Source of the DNA: Candidatus Margulisiibacteriota bacterium
Lineage (GTDB): Bacteria; Margulisbacteria; Termititenacia; CAZZFK01
Direction of reading: 5' to 3'
DNA length: 61,019 bases
NCBI GenBank assembly: GCA_042562495.1
Contig: JBHPMC010000005.1
Location: 1 to 61,019 of the forward strand
Numbering within the stretch: position 1 is the first letter of the stretch; each line of letters begins with the position of its first letter. The translations under genes were made by a program, and so were the position numbers. This document shows positions 8,391 through 16,614 of the stretch, piece by piece. The notes under the pieces were generated by a model. That model worked only from the letters and a program-made list of their open reading frames with translations. It was not told the DNA's origin and did not search any database.

Positions 8391-9506
8391 GTGGGAGAAG
8401 ATGCTGGAGATAAGACAGAAGAGCCTACGCCCCATAAATTAAGAGAGGCCAGAAAAAAGGGGCAGGTAGCGAAGAGCAAGGAAATAACAACTGCTATAGT
8501 TGTGTTGGTCTCTTATGTTGTTTTCCGCAATACAGCAGCCGCGATCTGGCAGAGGATCGTAGGCTTTGGTTCAAGTGTATTCAGCCTGGTCGAGGTGAGT
8601 AAATCAGTGAATGATATTTCTTTTGTGGTCGGTTTGATCCAGATGGGTATCATTACTTTATTGTTATCTGTTGGCCCGATCTTTATGGCGACTTTCATTG
8701 TGGCCATAATCGTTGAAGCGCTGCAAACCCAGTTTGTTTTTGCGATCGAGTCTATGACCCCTAAGCTGGATAAATTAAATCCGATGCAGGGTTTAAAGAG
8801 GATGTTCTCTTTAAAAGGTGTGGTGCAGATGATCCTATCTTTGTTCAAGATCATCACTATCTTTTGGATCACTTGGTCGGTGATCCGCGAAGCCCTGCCG
8901 AGCATTATTACCGCCATGACTTTGCCCTTGTGGGGGGTCATGAACATGACCGGGGGAATTGTCTTTAAGATTGCAATGAGAGTAGCTTTGTTCTATATTA
9001 TTATTGCGATCCTTGACTACCTATATCAGAAACATGAGTTCCACAAGAGCATGATGATGACCAAAAGGGAAGTTAAGGAAGAGTACAAGCGCTTAGAAGG
9101 GGATCCGATAATTAAGCAGCGCCAGCGCCAGGCTCAAAGGGAAATGGCCCAAAAGAGGATGATGGGCTCGGTACCGAAGGCCGATGTGGTGGTAACCAAT
9201 CCGGTACACTTGGCAGTGGCCGTGCAATATGAAGCGAACAAGGCGAGTGCTCCGGTTGTGTGTGCTAAAGGGCAGCGACTGGTAGCGCAGCAAATAAAAA
9301 AGATCGCTGAAGAAAATAATATACCGATCGTTGAAAATGTGAAGCTTGCCCAAGAACTATACAAAACTACTGAGGTAGGGCAAAAAATACCGATGGAAAT
9401 GTATAGGGCTGTAGCAGAAGTGTTGGCCTTTGTTTATAAGCTGGGGCGTAATAAACAAAAGCTTGCGAGACAACGTGTGCCTGCAACACAAAGAGTAAAG
9501 CGTTGA
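8391..9506 (+). CDS. flhB: Flagellar export switch protein FlhB
   Basis: 'DKTEEPTPHKLREARKKGQVAKSKE' N-terminus, four TMs, and the cytoplasmic domain 'ADVVVTNPVHLAVAVQY' (NPTH-type autocleavage loop, here NPVH). AAGGAGG SD. Confidence 0.9.
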   Translation: MGEDAGDKTEEPTPHKLREARKKGQVAKSKEITTAIVVLVSYVVFRNTAAAIWQRIVGFGSSVFSLVEVSKSVNDISFVVGLIQMGIITLLLSVGPIFMATFIVAIIVEALQTQFVFAIESMTPKLDKLNPMQGLKRMFSLKGVVQMILSLFKIITIFWITWSVIREALPSIITAMTLPLWGVMNMTGGIVFKIAMRVALFYIIIAILDYLYQKHEFHKSMMMTKREVKEEYKRLEGDPIIKQRQRQAQREMAQKRMMGSVPKADVVVTNPVHLAVAVQYEANKASAPVVCAKGQRLVAQQIKKIAEENNIPIVENVKLAQELYKTTEVGQKIPMEMYRAVAEVLAFVYKLGRNKQKLARQRVPATQRVKR

Positions 9507-9520
9507 GAAAAGGGGGGTAG

Positions 9521-11614
9521 ATGGCTGCACTTAAGATCAATTTTTTAGAAATATTTAAGCCAAGCGATCTTGTTGTAGCTCTTTCCTTGGTTTTGATCAT
9601 CGGGATGATGATCGTTCCGCTGCCTACTTTTGTTCTGGATATTCTAATGACCTTTAGTATCGGCACAGCGATGTCCGTACTTTTAATGGCTATGTTCATC
9701 AATAAGGCTTTAGATTTCCTGGCGTTTCCTTCTTTATTGTTAGTTCTAACGCTATACCGGCTTTCCTTGAATATTTCTTCAACTCGATTGATCTTGAGCT
9801 TAGGTCCGGCTTTCGATGGTAAGGTAATCCTGGCTTTTGCAACATTTGTTACTGCCGGGAACTTTGTCGTTGGTGGCGTGCTTTTTGCCATTATTACTTT
9901 AGTGAATTTTATTGTTATCACCAAAGGTGCCGAGCGTGTTGCTGAAGTCGCCGCACGCTTTACCTTAGATGCCATGCCGGGTAAACAAATGAGCATCGAT
10001 GCCGATCTCAATGCCGGCTTGATCGACGGCGATACTGCACGAAAACGGCGTGATGATCTTGGCAAGGAATCCACCTTTTTTGGAGCGATGGATGGTGCTA
10101 ATAAGTTCGTTCGAGGAGATGCTATCGCGGGTATAGTCATAGTTTTTATCAATCTTATCGGCGGATTGTTGATCGGTGTTTTCCAAAAAGGCATGGAGAT
10201 CAGCGAAGCTATGAACGTTTACTTCAGGCTGACCATCGGTGATGGCCTGATCTCTCAGGTCCCCGCACTTTTGATCTCTATTGCTACAGGCCTTGTAGTT
10301 ACTAAATCCGCTAGCGAATCCCGTTTAAGTTTGGATCTGGCGGAGCAGCTTGGCAAGCAGCCCAGGGCTTTTGCCCTTACTTCCGTGATCTTGTTCTTAT
10401 TTGGCATGGTACCTGGCTTACCTGCGATACCATTCTTTTTTATGTCAGGGCTTGCAGGATTAACGGCAATCACTCTCTTGCGTCGTGAAGCAAAAAAAGA
10501 AGCTGGAGAAGAATCCGGAGGAGCACCGGAAGGCGAAGCTATGAAAGAGGCGCTGAAGAGGCCGGAAAATCTATTAGGCACCTTAGCTTTAGATCCCATA
10601 AGCCTTAAGACCGGCCGCAATCTTGTTCCGCTGATCGATCCTAATCAGGATGGCCCGCTTTTAGAACGCATAACTTTAGTGCGTTATCATATCGGGCAGG
10701 AATTAGGTTTTGTTATACCTGGCGTGCGGGTCATGGATGATCTTAGTTTGCCGCCGAATGATTATATAGTTGAGATCCGCGGGACAAAAGTTGCTACCGG
10801 GACTTGTTTAATGAACCATCATTTCCTGGTCCTATCGCCCGAAGAGCTTAAGGAGAAAAATATCGTAGGCGAGGAATCAGCCGATCCTGTTTCACAGAAT
10901 CCAGGCTCGTTCGTTACCGATGATCAATTGCCGGTAATTCAAGAACAGGGTATTCCTGCGCAAAGTCCGGTAGATTATATGGCCAATCATTTCAGTGAAG
11001 TCATTAAACAGCATGCTGATGAGATCATGACCAGGCAAAATGTCCAATCGCTTTTGGAATTAGTAAAAAATACAAATGCCGCCATTGTCCGGGAATTGGT
11101 GCCGGATATGTTGTCCTTAGGGCAGGTCCATAAGGTATTGCAGTTGCTGGTCAAAGAAAGAGTGTCTATCCGGGATCTTTCCACTATCTTAGAGCGCTTG
11201 GCCGATTATGCTCATGTTTCACGAGATACTAATCTTTTAGCAGAATATGTGCGCCAATCTCTAGCAAGACAGATCTGTTCAAAATATGCGGATAAGGAAG
11301 AGACGATCACGGTCTTGACCATAGATCCGCGTTTGGAAGAAATGATGATCGGGGCTGTGCATCAATCTGAATATGGTTCGTTCTTAGCGCTAGATCCAAA
11401 TGTGGGTGAAAAAGTGCTAAATCAGTTGGCCGAGCAGCTACAGAGCTTTAGACGTATGGATAGGTTGCCAATAGTGCTATGTTCTCCGCGGTTACGACCG
11501 CATTTTAAACGATTTACCGAACGTAATTTTCCTCAATTAGCGGTGCTCTCTTACAATGAGGTCGTACCTCAAGTTAAAGTGCAATCGATCGGCATTATTT
11601 CTATGGAAGAATAA
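9521..11614 (+). CDS. flhA: Flagellar export gate protein FlhA
   Basis: 697 aa. Carries 'FVTAGNFVVGGVLFAIITLVNFIVITKGAERVAEVAARFTLDAMPGKQMSIDADLNAG' (the FHIPEP signature) and a C-terminal cytoplasmic ring domain. Confidence 0.95.
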   Translation: MAALKINFLEIFKPSDLVVALSLVLIIGMMIVPLPTFVLDILMTFSIGTAMSVLLMAMFINKALDFLAFPSLLLVLTLYRLSLNISSTRLILSLGPAFDGKVILAFATFVTAGNFVVGGVLFAIITLVNFIVITKGAERVAEVAARFTLDAMPGKQMSIDADLNAGLIDGDTARKRRDDLGKESTFFGAMDGANKFVRGDAIAGIVIVFINLIGGLLIGVFQKGMEISEAMNVYFRLTIGDGLISQVPALLISIATGLVVTKSASESRLSLDLAEQLGKQPRAFALTSVILFLFGMVPGLPAIPFFFMSGLAGLTAITLLRREAKKEAGEESGGAPEGEAMKEALKRPENLLGTLALDPISLKTGRNLVPLIDPNQDGPLLERITLVRYHIGQELGFVIPGVRVMDDLSLPPNDYIVEIRGTKVATGTCLMNHHFLVLSPEELKEKNIVGEESADPVSQNPGSFVTDDQLPVIQEQGIPAQSPVDYMANHFSEVIKQHADEIMTRQNVQSLLELVKNTNAAIVRELVPDMLSLGQVHKVLQLLVKERVSIRDLSTILERLADYAHVSRDTNLLAEYVRQSLARQICSKYADKEETITVLTIDPRLEEMMIGAVHQSEYGSFLALDPNVGEKVLNQLAEQLQSFRRMDRLPIVLCSPRLRPHFKRFTERNFPQLAVLSYNEVVPQVKVQSIGIISMEE

Positions 11615-11750
11615 GGCTTCCGTTATAAAGAAGTAATTAGTGAGGTTCTACTTAACACTATCAAAAAATAAATGAAATCTTTCACTGTTTTATTACGATA
11701 TATTAGTGACAGGAGATTTGAACGAAAAAAAAGGAAAGGAGTTGAGGGGC

Positions 11751-12137
11751 ATGTTTAATTTTGAGGAACGTAAGCTGGTCTACCGAGATAATGTTTTCAA
11801 ACAGGAGCAGTCTACTTGGGAAAAGATCTTTGGCACTATTGGTGAAGTAAGCCTTGAGCCAAAAGAAGAGCTTAGTACAGATCCCAAGTTCTTAAAAATA
11901 TTAGAGAAAAATTTAGAGCCCAATCTTTCCTTGAAGGAGCTTTCGGTCCGGGTCGTCCAATCTGCCTTGGAAGTGGAATTTGCCGATAAAGCTACCTATG
12001 ATCTTGATTATGCAGAAATGATCGGTGTTTTAGCCGAAGCTTTGCGCAATGCGCCAGAAATGCGCGAGCAAATGCTGGCGGTATCAAATATGGTCTTACG
12101 ACGCAAGCTAAATCTTAGAAAGAAAACAGTTCACTAA
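11751..12137 (+). CDS. Hypothetical protein (128 aa) at the end of the flagellar export operon
   Basis: The ORF track starts at GTG 11706, but the ATG at 11751 has an AAGGAG SD 9 nt upstream. No recognisable motif. It is followed by a strong terminator. Confidence 0.5.
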   Translation: MFNFEERKLVYRDNVFKQEQSTWEKIFGTIGEVSLEPKEELSTDPKFLKILEKNLEPNLSLKELSVRVVQSALEVEFADKATYDLDYAEMIGVLAEALRNAPEMREQMLAVSNMVLRRKLNLRKKTVH

Positions 12138-12160
12138 TAATTTATTAAGTTTAAATTAAA

Positions 12161-12189
12161 AGGCGAGGTAAATACCTCGCCTTTTTTTG
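12161..12189. terminator. Bidirectional rho-independent terminator between convergent genes
   Basis: Stem AGGCGAGG, loop TAAATA, stem CCTCGCCT, then TTTTTTT on the plus strand. It is preceded by AAAA, so the minus-strand RNA also ends in a U-run. Confidence 0.75.
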
Positions 12190-12206
12190 TTATCTTTTTT
12201 ATTTTT

Positions 12207-14426
12207 TTAAGAAAAGAAATCTACACCCAAGCCATGGCTGTTTGGACCGACGAGGTCTTTTAAAGATTTGATAGCATCTTCATAAAGATCATTGATCTCT
12301 TTTTTTTCTACTTTCGATAGTTGCTTTTTATAGAGGCTTGAATGTAAGTATCTTGTATGAATTTTATTTATCTTCCTGATCCATTCAGCAGCTATAGGCT
12401 CAGCTTTTGAAGGATCTTTAGTGCTGGTTGCGCTTAAGTTATCGCCAAAGCTCGTACTTCTTTCTAGAAAAACTTTTATATTTTCTTGTGTAATACTTTT
12501 TCTTTCAAATTCAGAGAACATATTATCGAAGGCCTGATTCATATCGTTGAAAAAAGCCTTGTTCTTTTGGGCCTGATTCAAATAAGAAGTAGTTGGGGGT
12601 AATGCTGGTAGAGCAGGCATTTCATCAACAACAATTGGTTCGGGGGCTTCGGGGATAGCATCTAATATTGGGATCTTTCCAGCGGGCTCTTCCTCTTCAA
12701 TGATATTATCTTTAGTTTCCAGTATCTCTTCTCGTGCCGGGAGTTCTTCGATTGTTCCGATCTCAGGCTCTTCTTCATTCCGCATGAGCTCATCAATGAT
12801 AGCATCTTCTTCAGTTGGAAGATCATCTTCAATTGGGACATCAATTTTCGGGATACCAGCCAATTCATCAATGTTTTCGGTTTGTTCAGGTTCGATAGGA
12901 ACATTTGCGGCCTCGGTTGTTTCTTTTGGAGAAGATATTTCGGAGATCTCTTTTTGTTGCTTGATTTTTATTGAAAGCAATTCTTGGTATTTTTCCAGGG
13001 TCTCCTGCTGTTCTTTTCGTTGTTCTCGTATCTGTTGAAGAGTTTCCTGTAAGCTTTTATTACCTGGTCCGCTTTGCAGCAATTGTTTGTGCATAATGCC
13101 ATTGTCTGTAAGATCACGGATAGATTTTTCCAGAATCGGTACCTGTTCTTGTAGCTCAGTAATGGACATATCTCTAAGTGCCAGGTCTTTTTGTTCTTTT
13201 TCTTTTACTGGAATGACCTCTTCTATTTTTTTAATAAATCGTTCATAGGGAGCTATTGTTTTCTGCAGTTCTTTAAGCTTCATCTCGAGCTCTTGTATCT
13301 TAATGATCGGCAGATTGCATTCTTTGATATAATTCTCGCTCTTTTTTATATCTTTCCCGGTGGCTTCTGTTTTTTGTTCTAAGAGTTTTTTTAAAGAGAG
13401 CAATCGTTCTGAAGAAAATGCCGATAATAGCTCGAGCCATAATTTTTGAAGCTTTGGATCTGCAGGCATTGAAATGAACAGCATAAGTTGATCTAAGAGA
13501 GCTTGTTCGTCCTTAAGATAATAATGATCATTTTTCTGATCCAATATTTTATAGCCTTCATTTTGCAGATATTCGATCAGATCTTCTTCAGGTATAGATA
13601 TTTGTGCTTTTATCTGAGCAAAAGTTACAGGCCCTTGTTTTAGTATTGGCAATACTTTTTCTTCAATAATGCTGTATTCGTTGAGAGCCATATCCGGCAT
13701 TTCAGCAATTTCAAGATTTTCAGAGCCCGCCTCTTCAATAAGCTCTGGTTCGTCCAGAGCATTTTCCAGCAAGCTGATAATATTACTCATTTCATATATG
13801 TTTTTTTGTTCGATAGGAGACAAGCTCTTTTGCCTTCTTAAACGACTATATGCTTCTTTTAATTGTTTATGTACTGTGGGTACCAGATTATTTTGGAAAT
13901 ATTTATCATTGATATGCACAAACTCTTTGTTTTTTACCAGCTCATTTAATACAACATGAACCAGCACTGGCTCATAAGAAGCAAATTCTTTTTCAAAAGC
14001 ATTATTTTCATAAAATGAAGAGTGATCAAAGCGGTCGAAAGGAAGAAATGCTCTGACAATATCTTGGGGCAGCTCAACGTTATTGACCAGTTTGCGTATA
14101 TCTTTTAAGACCTTCTCAGCATCATTTAATATGCTTGTAACTATTTTGTGATTATTTTCCCATAAGGTCAATTTTGGCAGAAAGGGCATGCTCGCTGCTT
14201 TTTGTTTGGGATCATCAGAGCCAAATCCTTCGACTTTGGGTACTAATTCGCTGATCTTTTTTTGGATAGCTTTAGCTAAAGTTCTAAGCATGTCTAGATC
14301 GAAATGTTTTAAAATGAACGGCCTATCAAGTGACTTGTGCAGATCTAAATACTCCTGATATCTTTTCATACAAGAAGTAGGAGATGCTTCGCCTGAGCTT
14401 ATTATCTTTCTATTTAAAAAAAGCAT
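12207..14426 (-). CDS. Large orphan coiled-coil / acidic protein (739 aa)
   Basis: Long uninterrupted ORF with an AGGAGA SD upstream of the ATG. The centre has heptad-like K/E/Q/L-rich stretches ('KIQELEMKLKELQKTIAPYERFIKKIEE', 'LQQIREQRKEQQETLEKYQELLSIKIKQQKE'). These are followed by a highly acidic Pro/Glu/Ile segment. No TM, signal peptide or catalytic motif was seen. Confidence 0.6.
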   Translation of the reverse strand: MLFLNRKIISSGEASPTSCMKRYQEYLDLHKSLDRPFILKHFDLDMLRTLAKAIQKKISELVPKVEGFGSDDPKQKAASMPFLPKLTLWENNHKIVTSILNDAEKVLKDIRKLVNNVELPQDIVRAFLPFDRFDHSSFYENNAFEKEFASYEPVLVHVVLNELVKNKEFVHINDKYFQNNLVPTVHKQLKEAYSRLRRQKSLSPIEQKNIYEMSNIISLLENALDEPELIEEAGSENLEIAEMPDMALNEYSIIEEKVLPILKQGPVTFAQIKAQISIPEEDLIEYLQNEGYKILDQKNDHYYLKDEQALLDQLMLFISMPADPKLQKLWLELLSAFSSERLLSLKKLLEQKTEATGKDIKKSENYIKECNLPIIKIQELEMKLKELQKTIAPYERFIKKIEEVIPVKEKEQKDLALRDMSITELQEQVPILEKSIRDLTDNGIMHKQLLQSGPGNKSLQETLQQIREQRKEQQETLEKYQELLSIKIKQQKEISEISSPKETTEAANVPIEPEQTENIDELAGIPKIDVPIEDDLPTEEDAIIDELMRNEEEPEIGTIEELPAREEILETKDNIIEEEEPAGKIPILDAIPEAPEPIVVDEMPALPALPPTTSYLNQAQKNKAFFNDMNQAFDNMFSEFERKSITQENIKVFLERSTSFGDNLSATSTKDPSKAEPIAAEWIRKINKIHTRYLHSSLYKKQLSKVEKKEINDLYEDAIKSLKDLVGPNSHGLGVDFFS

Positions 14427-14471
14427 ACTTTTATATTCTCCTGATCAAGGATCGCTCTCGTAATAGTATCG

Positions 14472-14503
14472 TAAGAAAATATGAAATATTTCATATTTTC
14501 TTA
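14472..14503. promoter_or_regulatory. 32-bp perfect palindrome (candidate operator) in a divergent intergenic region
   Basis: TAAGAAAATATGAAAT|ATTTCATATTTTCTTA. The two 16-nt halves are exact reverse complements, verified base by base. It ends 5 bp upstream of a candidate -35 box. Confidence 0.6.
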
Positions 14504-14508
14504 ATAAA

Positions 14509-14537
14509 TTGGCTTTTTAGGCCTCACAGGTTATAAT
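14509..14537 (+). promoter_or_regulatory. Near-consensus sigma-70-type promoter
   Basis: TTGGCT at 14509-14514, a 17-nt spacer, then TATAAT at 14532-14537. The predicted transcription start falls at or next to the ATG at 14544. That implies either a leaderless mRNA or a 5' UTR covering the start of the 91-aa ORF. Confidence 0.45.
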
Positions 14538-14543
14538 TTTTCC

Positions 14544-14819
14544 ATGGCAGATCATAAAGTCGGCATGCGTTATCTTGGTGGCTGGGGCGGGGATTTCGAA
14601 TCCGAGATCGGGCCCACAGCTATGCCAACAGCGCTACCGCTGACCACAATACTCAAGCAGCTTCGCAAGCGCAGTTTAAAAGATAGAGAAAGTATTTACC
14701 GTCGCTGGCACAAAAGATATGAAGAGCTCTCGGAGGGTTTGTTGAGCGAAGAAGATCATAAGAAATTCCTGGAAGAAGATCGTTATATGAACAGGATCAA
14801 AAGGAACCTGGGATTATAA
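14544..14819 (+). CDS. Small hypothetical protein (91 aa) upstream of the sigma factor
   Basis: There is no SD. The N-terminal third is odd ('GGWGGDFESEIGPTAMPTALPLTT'). The C-terminal two thirds is a basic, helical-looking segment. Coding status is uncertain. Confidence 0.35.
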   Translation: MADHKVGMRYLGGWGGDFESEIGPTAMPTALPLTTILKQLRKRSLKDRESIYRRWHKRYEELSEGLLSEEDHKKFLEEDRYMNRIKRNLGL

Positions 14820-14849
14820 ATAAACACAAATATCAGCAAGGTGGAGAAA

Positions 14850-15476
14850 ATGATCGGTAAAAAGCAAGATTCTCTGGAGACTGTCTGGCGCAGGCTAGAA
14901 AAAATAGTGATCAGCGATATTAAAAAGCATCTTACCAAGAATTATTCCCCTCAGATCATGGACAAGTTCTCAAAGAAGCTGACGGGCTTGGTAGGCAAAT
15001 ATTTACGTTCCTTGCCAGCGCATGTGACGCAGGCCGAAGGTGATGATCTTTTCAATGTGGCCCGCATAGAATTTTTTGAGACCATAAAACAATGGGATCC
15101 GAAAAGAAGTATGGATATCTGGCCTTTGGCTTATTCACGAGTAACAGGGGCAATGAAAGATCATATCCGTTATCTGACCAAGGCAGATCCTTCCCGCTTA
15201 TATGATTGGATCGCGCAAGCGGCTAATATCTATGCTGTGGTCAACAAGCATGCCGCTGCTTTTGAGAACAAGGTCGAAGATGGAGTGGCCTTGAACCGCG
15301 CCATGGATTGTCTTTCCGATAAGGAGAAGAATGTGATCATTGGCCGTTACAAAAAAGATCTTACTTTTAAGGAGATCGGCGATAATATCGGTGTTTCGGA
15401 ATCCCAGGCTACCAGGATCTACAAGAGTTCAATTAAAAAGCTAAAACGCGCTGTCAAAGAAACCGACACGGAATAA
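14850..15476 (+). CDS. Alternative RNA polymerase sigma factor (sigma-70 family; FliA/group 3-like or ECF-like)
   Basis: Region 2-like 'DDLFNVARIEFFETIKQWDPKRSMDIWPLAYSRVTGAMKDHIRY' and region 4 HTH 'LSDKEKNVIIGRYKKDLTFKEIGDNIGVSESQATRIYKSSIKKLK'. The ATG at 14850 is preferred over the track's GTG at 14841 because that GTG lies inside the AAGGTGGAG SD. Confidence 0.8.
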   Translation: MIGKKQDSLETVWRRLEKIVISDIKKHLTKNYSPQIMDKFSKKLTGLVGKYLRSLPAHVTQAEGDDLFNVARIEFFETIKQWDPKRSMDIWPLAYSRVTGAMKDHIRYLTKADPSRLYDWIAQAANIYAVVNKHAAAFENKVEDGVALNRAMDCLSDKEKNVIIGRYKKDLTFKEIGDNIGVSESQATRIYKSSIKKLKRAVKETDTE

Positions 15477-15481
15477 TCAGC

Positions 15482-15985
15482 TCAGCTTTTCTTGGCCTTT
15501 TTCTGTTTATCAAAGTAAAAGAACCAGTTTCTTGGGGTATCTTTGCGCCGGGTCATTTCCAGATAAAGTGATGAGGGCGGTTTATAGGGTTGATTGCGCA
15601 GCTGCATTCTGGCTTCTTCTGGAGTCCGGTGGCCTTTTTCATTATTACAGCGAGTACAGGCAACAACCACATTGGTCCAGCTATCTTTTCCGTCACGACT
15701 GCGTGGTCGCACATGATCAATGGTCAGATTTGATCTTTTTCCACAATACTGGCATTCATGATTATCTCTTAAGTAGACATTTTTTCTGGTCAGCACAACT
15801 TCCTGATAGGGCAGAGGGATATAGCGGTTGAGCTTAACAACTGCCGGGACAGTATACTTTCCATTAATTAACTTTTGTGAATTTTCGATCGCTGTAGCTT
15901 TGTTCTTGAAGACAAGGATCAGCGCCCGCTTCCAGCTGCAGATATTCAAAGGTATATAAGTTGAATTCAAGACCAAGACCTGCAT
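15482..15985 (-). CDS. Stand-alone HNH endonuclease family protein
   Basis: 'CQYCGKRSNLTIDHVRPRSRDGKDSWTNVVVACTRCNNEKGHR' shows the CxxC...DH...N...CxxCN HNH zinc-finger nuclease pattern. Confidence 0.85.
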   Translation of the reverse strand: MQVLVLNSTYIPLNICSWKRALILVFKNKATAIENSQKLINGKYTVPAVVKLNRYIPLPYQEVVLTRKNVYLRDNHECQYCGKRSNLTIDHVRPRSRDGKDSWTNVVVACTRCNNEKGHRTPEEARMQLRNQPYKPPSSLYLEMTRRKDTPRNWFFYFDKQKKAKKS

Positions 15986-16070
15986 AAAAATCCCTCATGT
16001 CTTATGCTCAGTATATGATAAAATACCTCAAAATTTAGTAAGAAATTATAACATACGCTAAGGAGAAAAC

Positions 16071-16580
16071 ATGAAAAAGTTTATTTTGATCTTAATTGTT
16101 TTATTATTGATCCCTTGCTCTTTGCAGGCAAAAGTAAGCTTCGGGGTCGGGCTCAATTGGATCGGGCAAAGCGGGATGGGGATGGGTTTTGATCTGGGAG
16201 TGGGTTGGCAGAAGTTCGGATTCGATCTTGCTCATTATGGAGTACAGCCGACATTATATCGTTTTGGTACAGTTTCGGTTAATCATGATCGCTTGGGGAT
16301 CTATTATCAGCCAATAGAGTTTTTAATGTTTCAAACAGGCCTTCATGCTGTTCATCTGAATTTGAGCGACGATAAACAAGAAGTTCTGGGTGCCAAGGAT
16401 TCCTCTTCTTGGACCGGGCCGTATCTGATCATATCAGTGCCTATTCGTTTAGAAGAAACATACTATATCCGGCCTTTCTGGGGAATATTGTCCGTGGCAG
16501 AGGGTGCACGCACAGAGGTTGCTTACGGTATAGCCTTGAGTGCGGAATTTGAAACGCGACAAGAAAAGATCTTCTTTTAA
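16071..16580 (+). CDS. Small secreted protein, possible 8-stranded outer-membrane beta-barrel
   Basis: Signal peptide 'MKKFILILIVLLLIPCSLQA', alternating hydrophobic/Gly-rich strands ('VSFGVGLNWIG', 'GFDLGVGW', 'VAYGIALSAEF'), and a C-terminal aromatic residue (...KIFF). Confidence 0.5.
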   Translation: MKKFILILIVLLLIPCSLQAKVSFGVGLNWIGQSGMGMGFDLGVGWQKFGFDLAHYGVQPTLYRFGTVSVNHDRLGIYYQPIEFLMFQTGLHAVHLNLSDDKQEVLGAKDSSSWTGPYLIISVPIRLEETYYIRPFWGILSVAEGARTEVAYGIALSAEFETRQEKIFF

Positions 16581-16614
16581 AAAGGGTATTGGAATTTTTT
16601 AAAAAGACAATAGC

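Noticed and set aside
9367-10194. Long antisense or alternative-frame ORFs in the six-frame track. Examples: 9367-10194 (275 aa, antisense to flhA), 7496-7984 (antisense to fliR), 25915-26343, 60103-60663 (antisense to recA), 58619-58897, 12700-13038.
   Set aside because: Each lies entirely inside a gene with unmistakable family motifs on the other strand or frame. They have low-complexity, Ser/Pro/Arg-rich or otherwise implausible sequences and lack SD sites. They are treated as shadow ORFs.
11640-11705. A possible sigma-28 (FliA) promoter upstream of the 128-aa ORF. ACGATAT resembles the CCGATAT -10 element.
   Set aside because: The nearest TAAA -35 candidate is about 22 nt upstream rather than about 15, and the match is only partial. 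There is not enough evidence to annotate it.
14571-14650. A tRNA-like fragment on the minus strand inside the 91-aa ORF. It has a T-loop-like GGATTCGAAATCC, a D-loop-like GGTCAGCGGTAGCGC about 35 nt upstream, and a terminal ...GCCACCA.
   Set aside because: I could not fold it into a cloverleaf. The putative acceptor 3' strand (CCCAGCC) has no complementary 5' strand, the T-stem pairs only 3 bp, and spacing to the CCA is off by two nucleotides. A 9-mer like TTCGAATCC is expected by chance about 0.5 times in 2 x 61 kb. It could still be a decayed tRNA 3' end or an old att site. tRNAscan-SE or Infernal and a search for an intact matching tRNA elsewhere would settle it.
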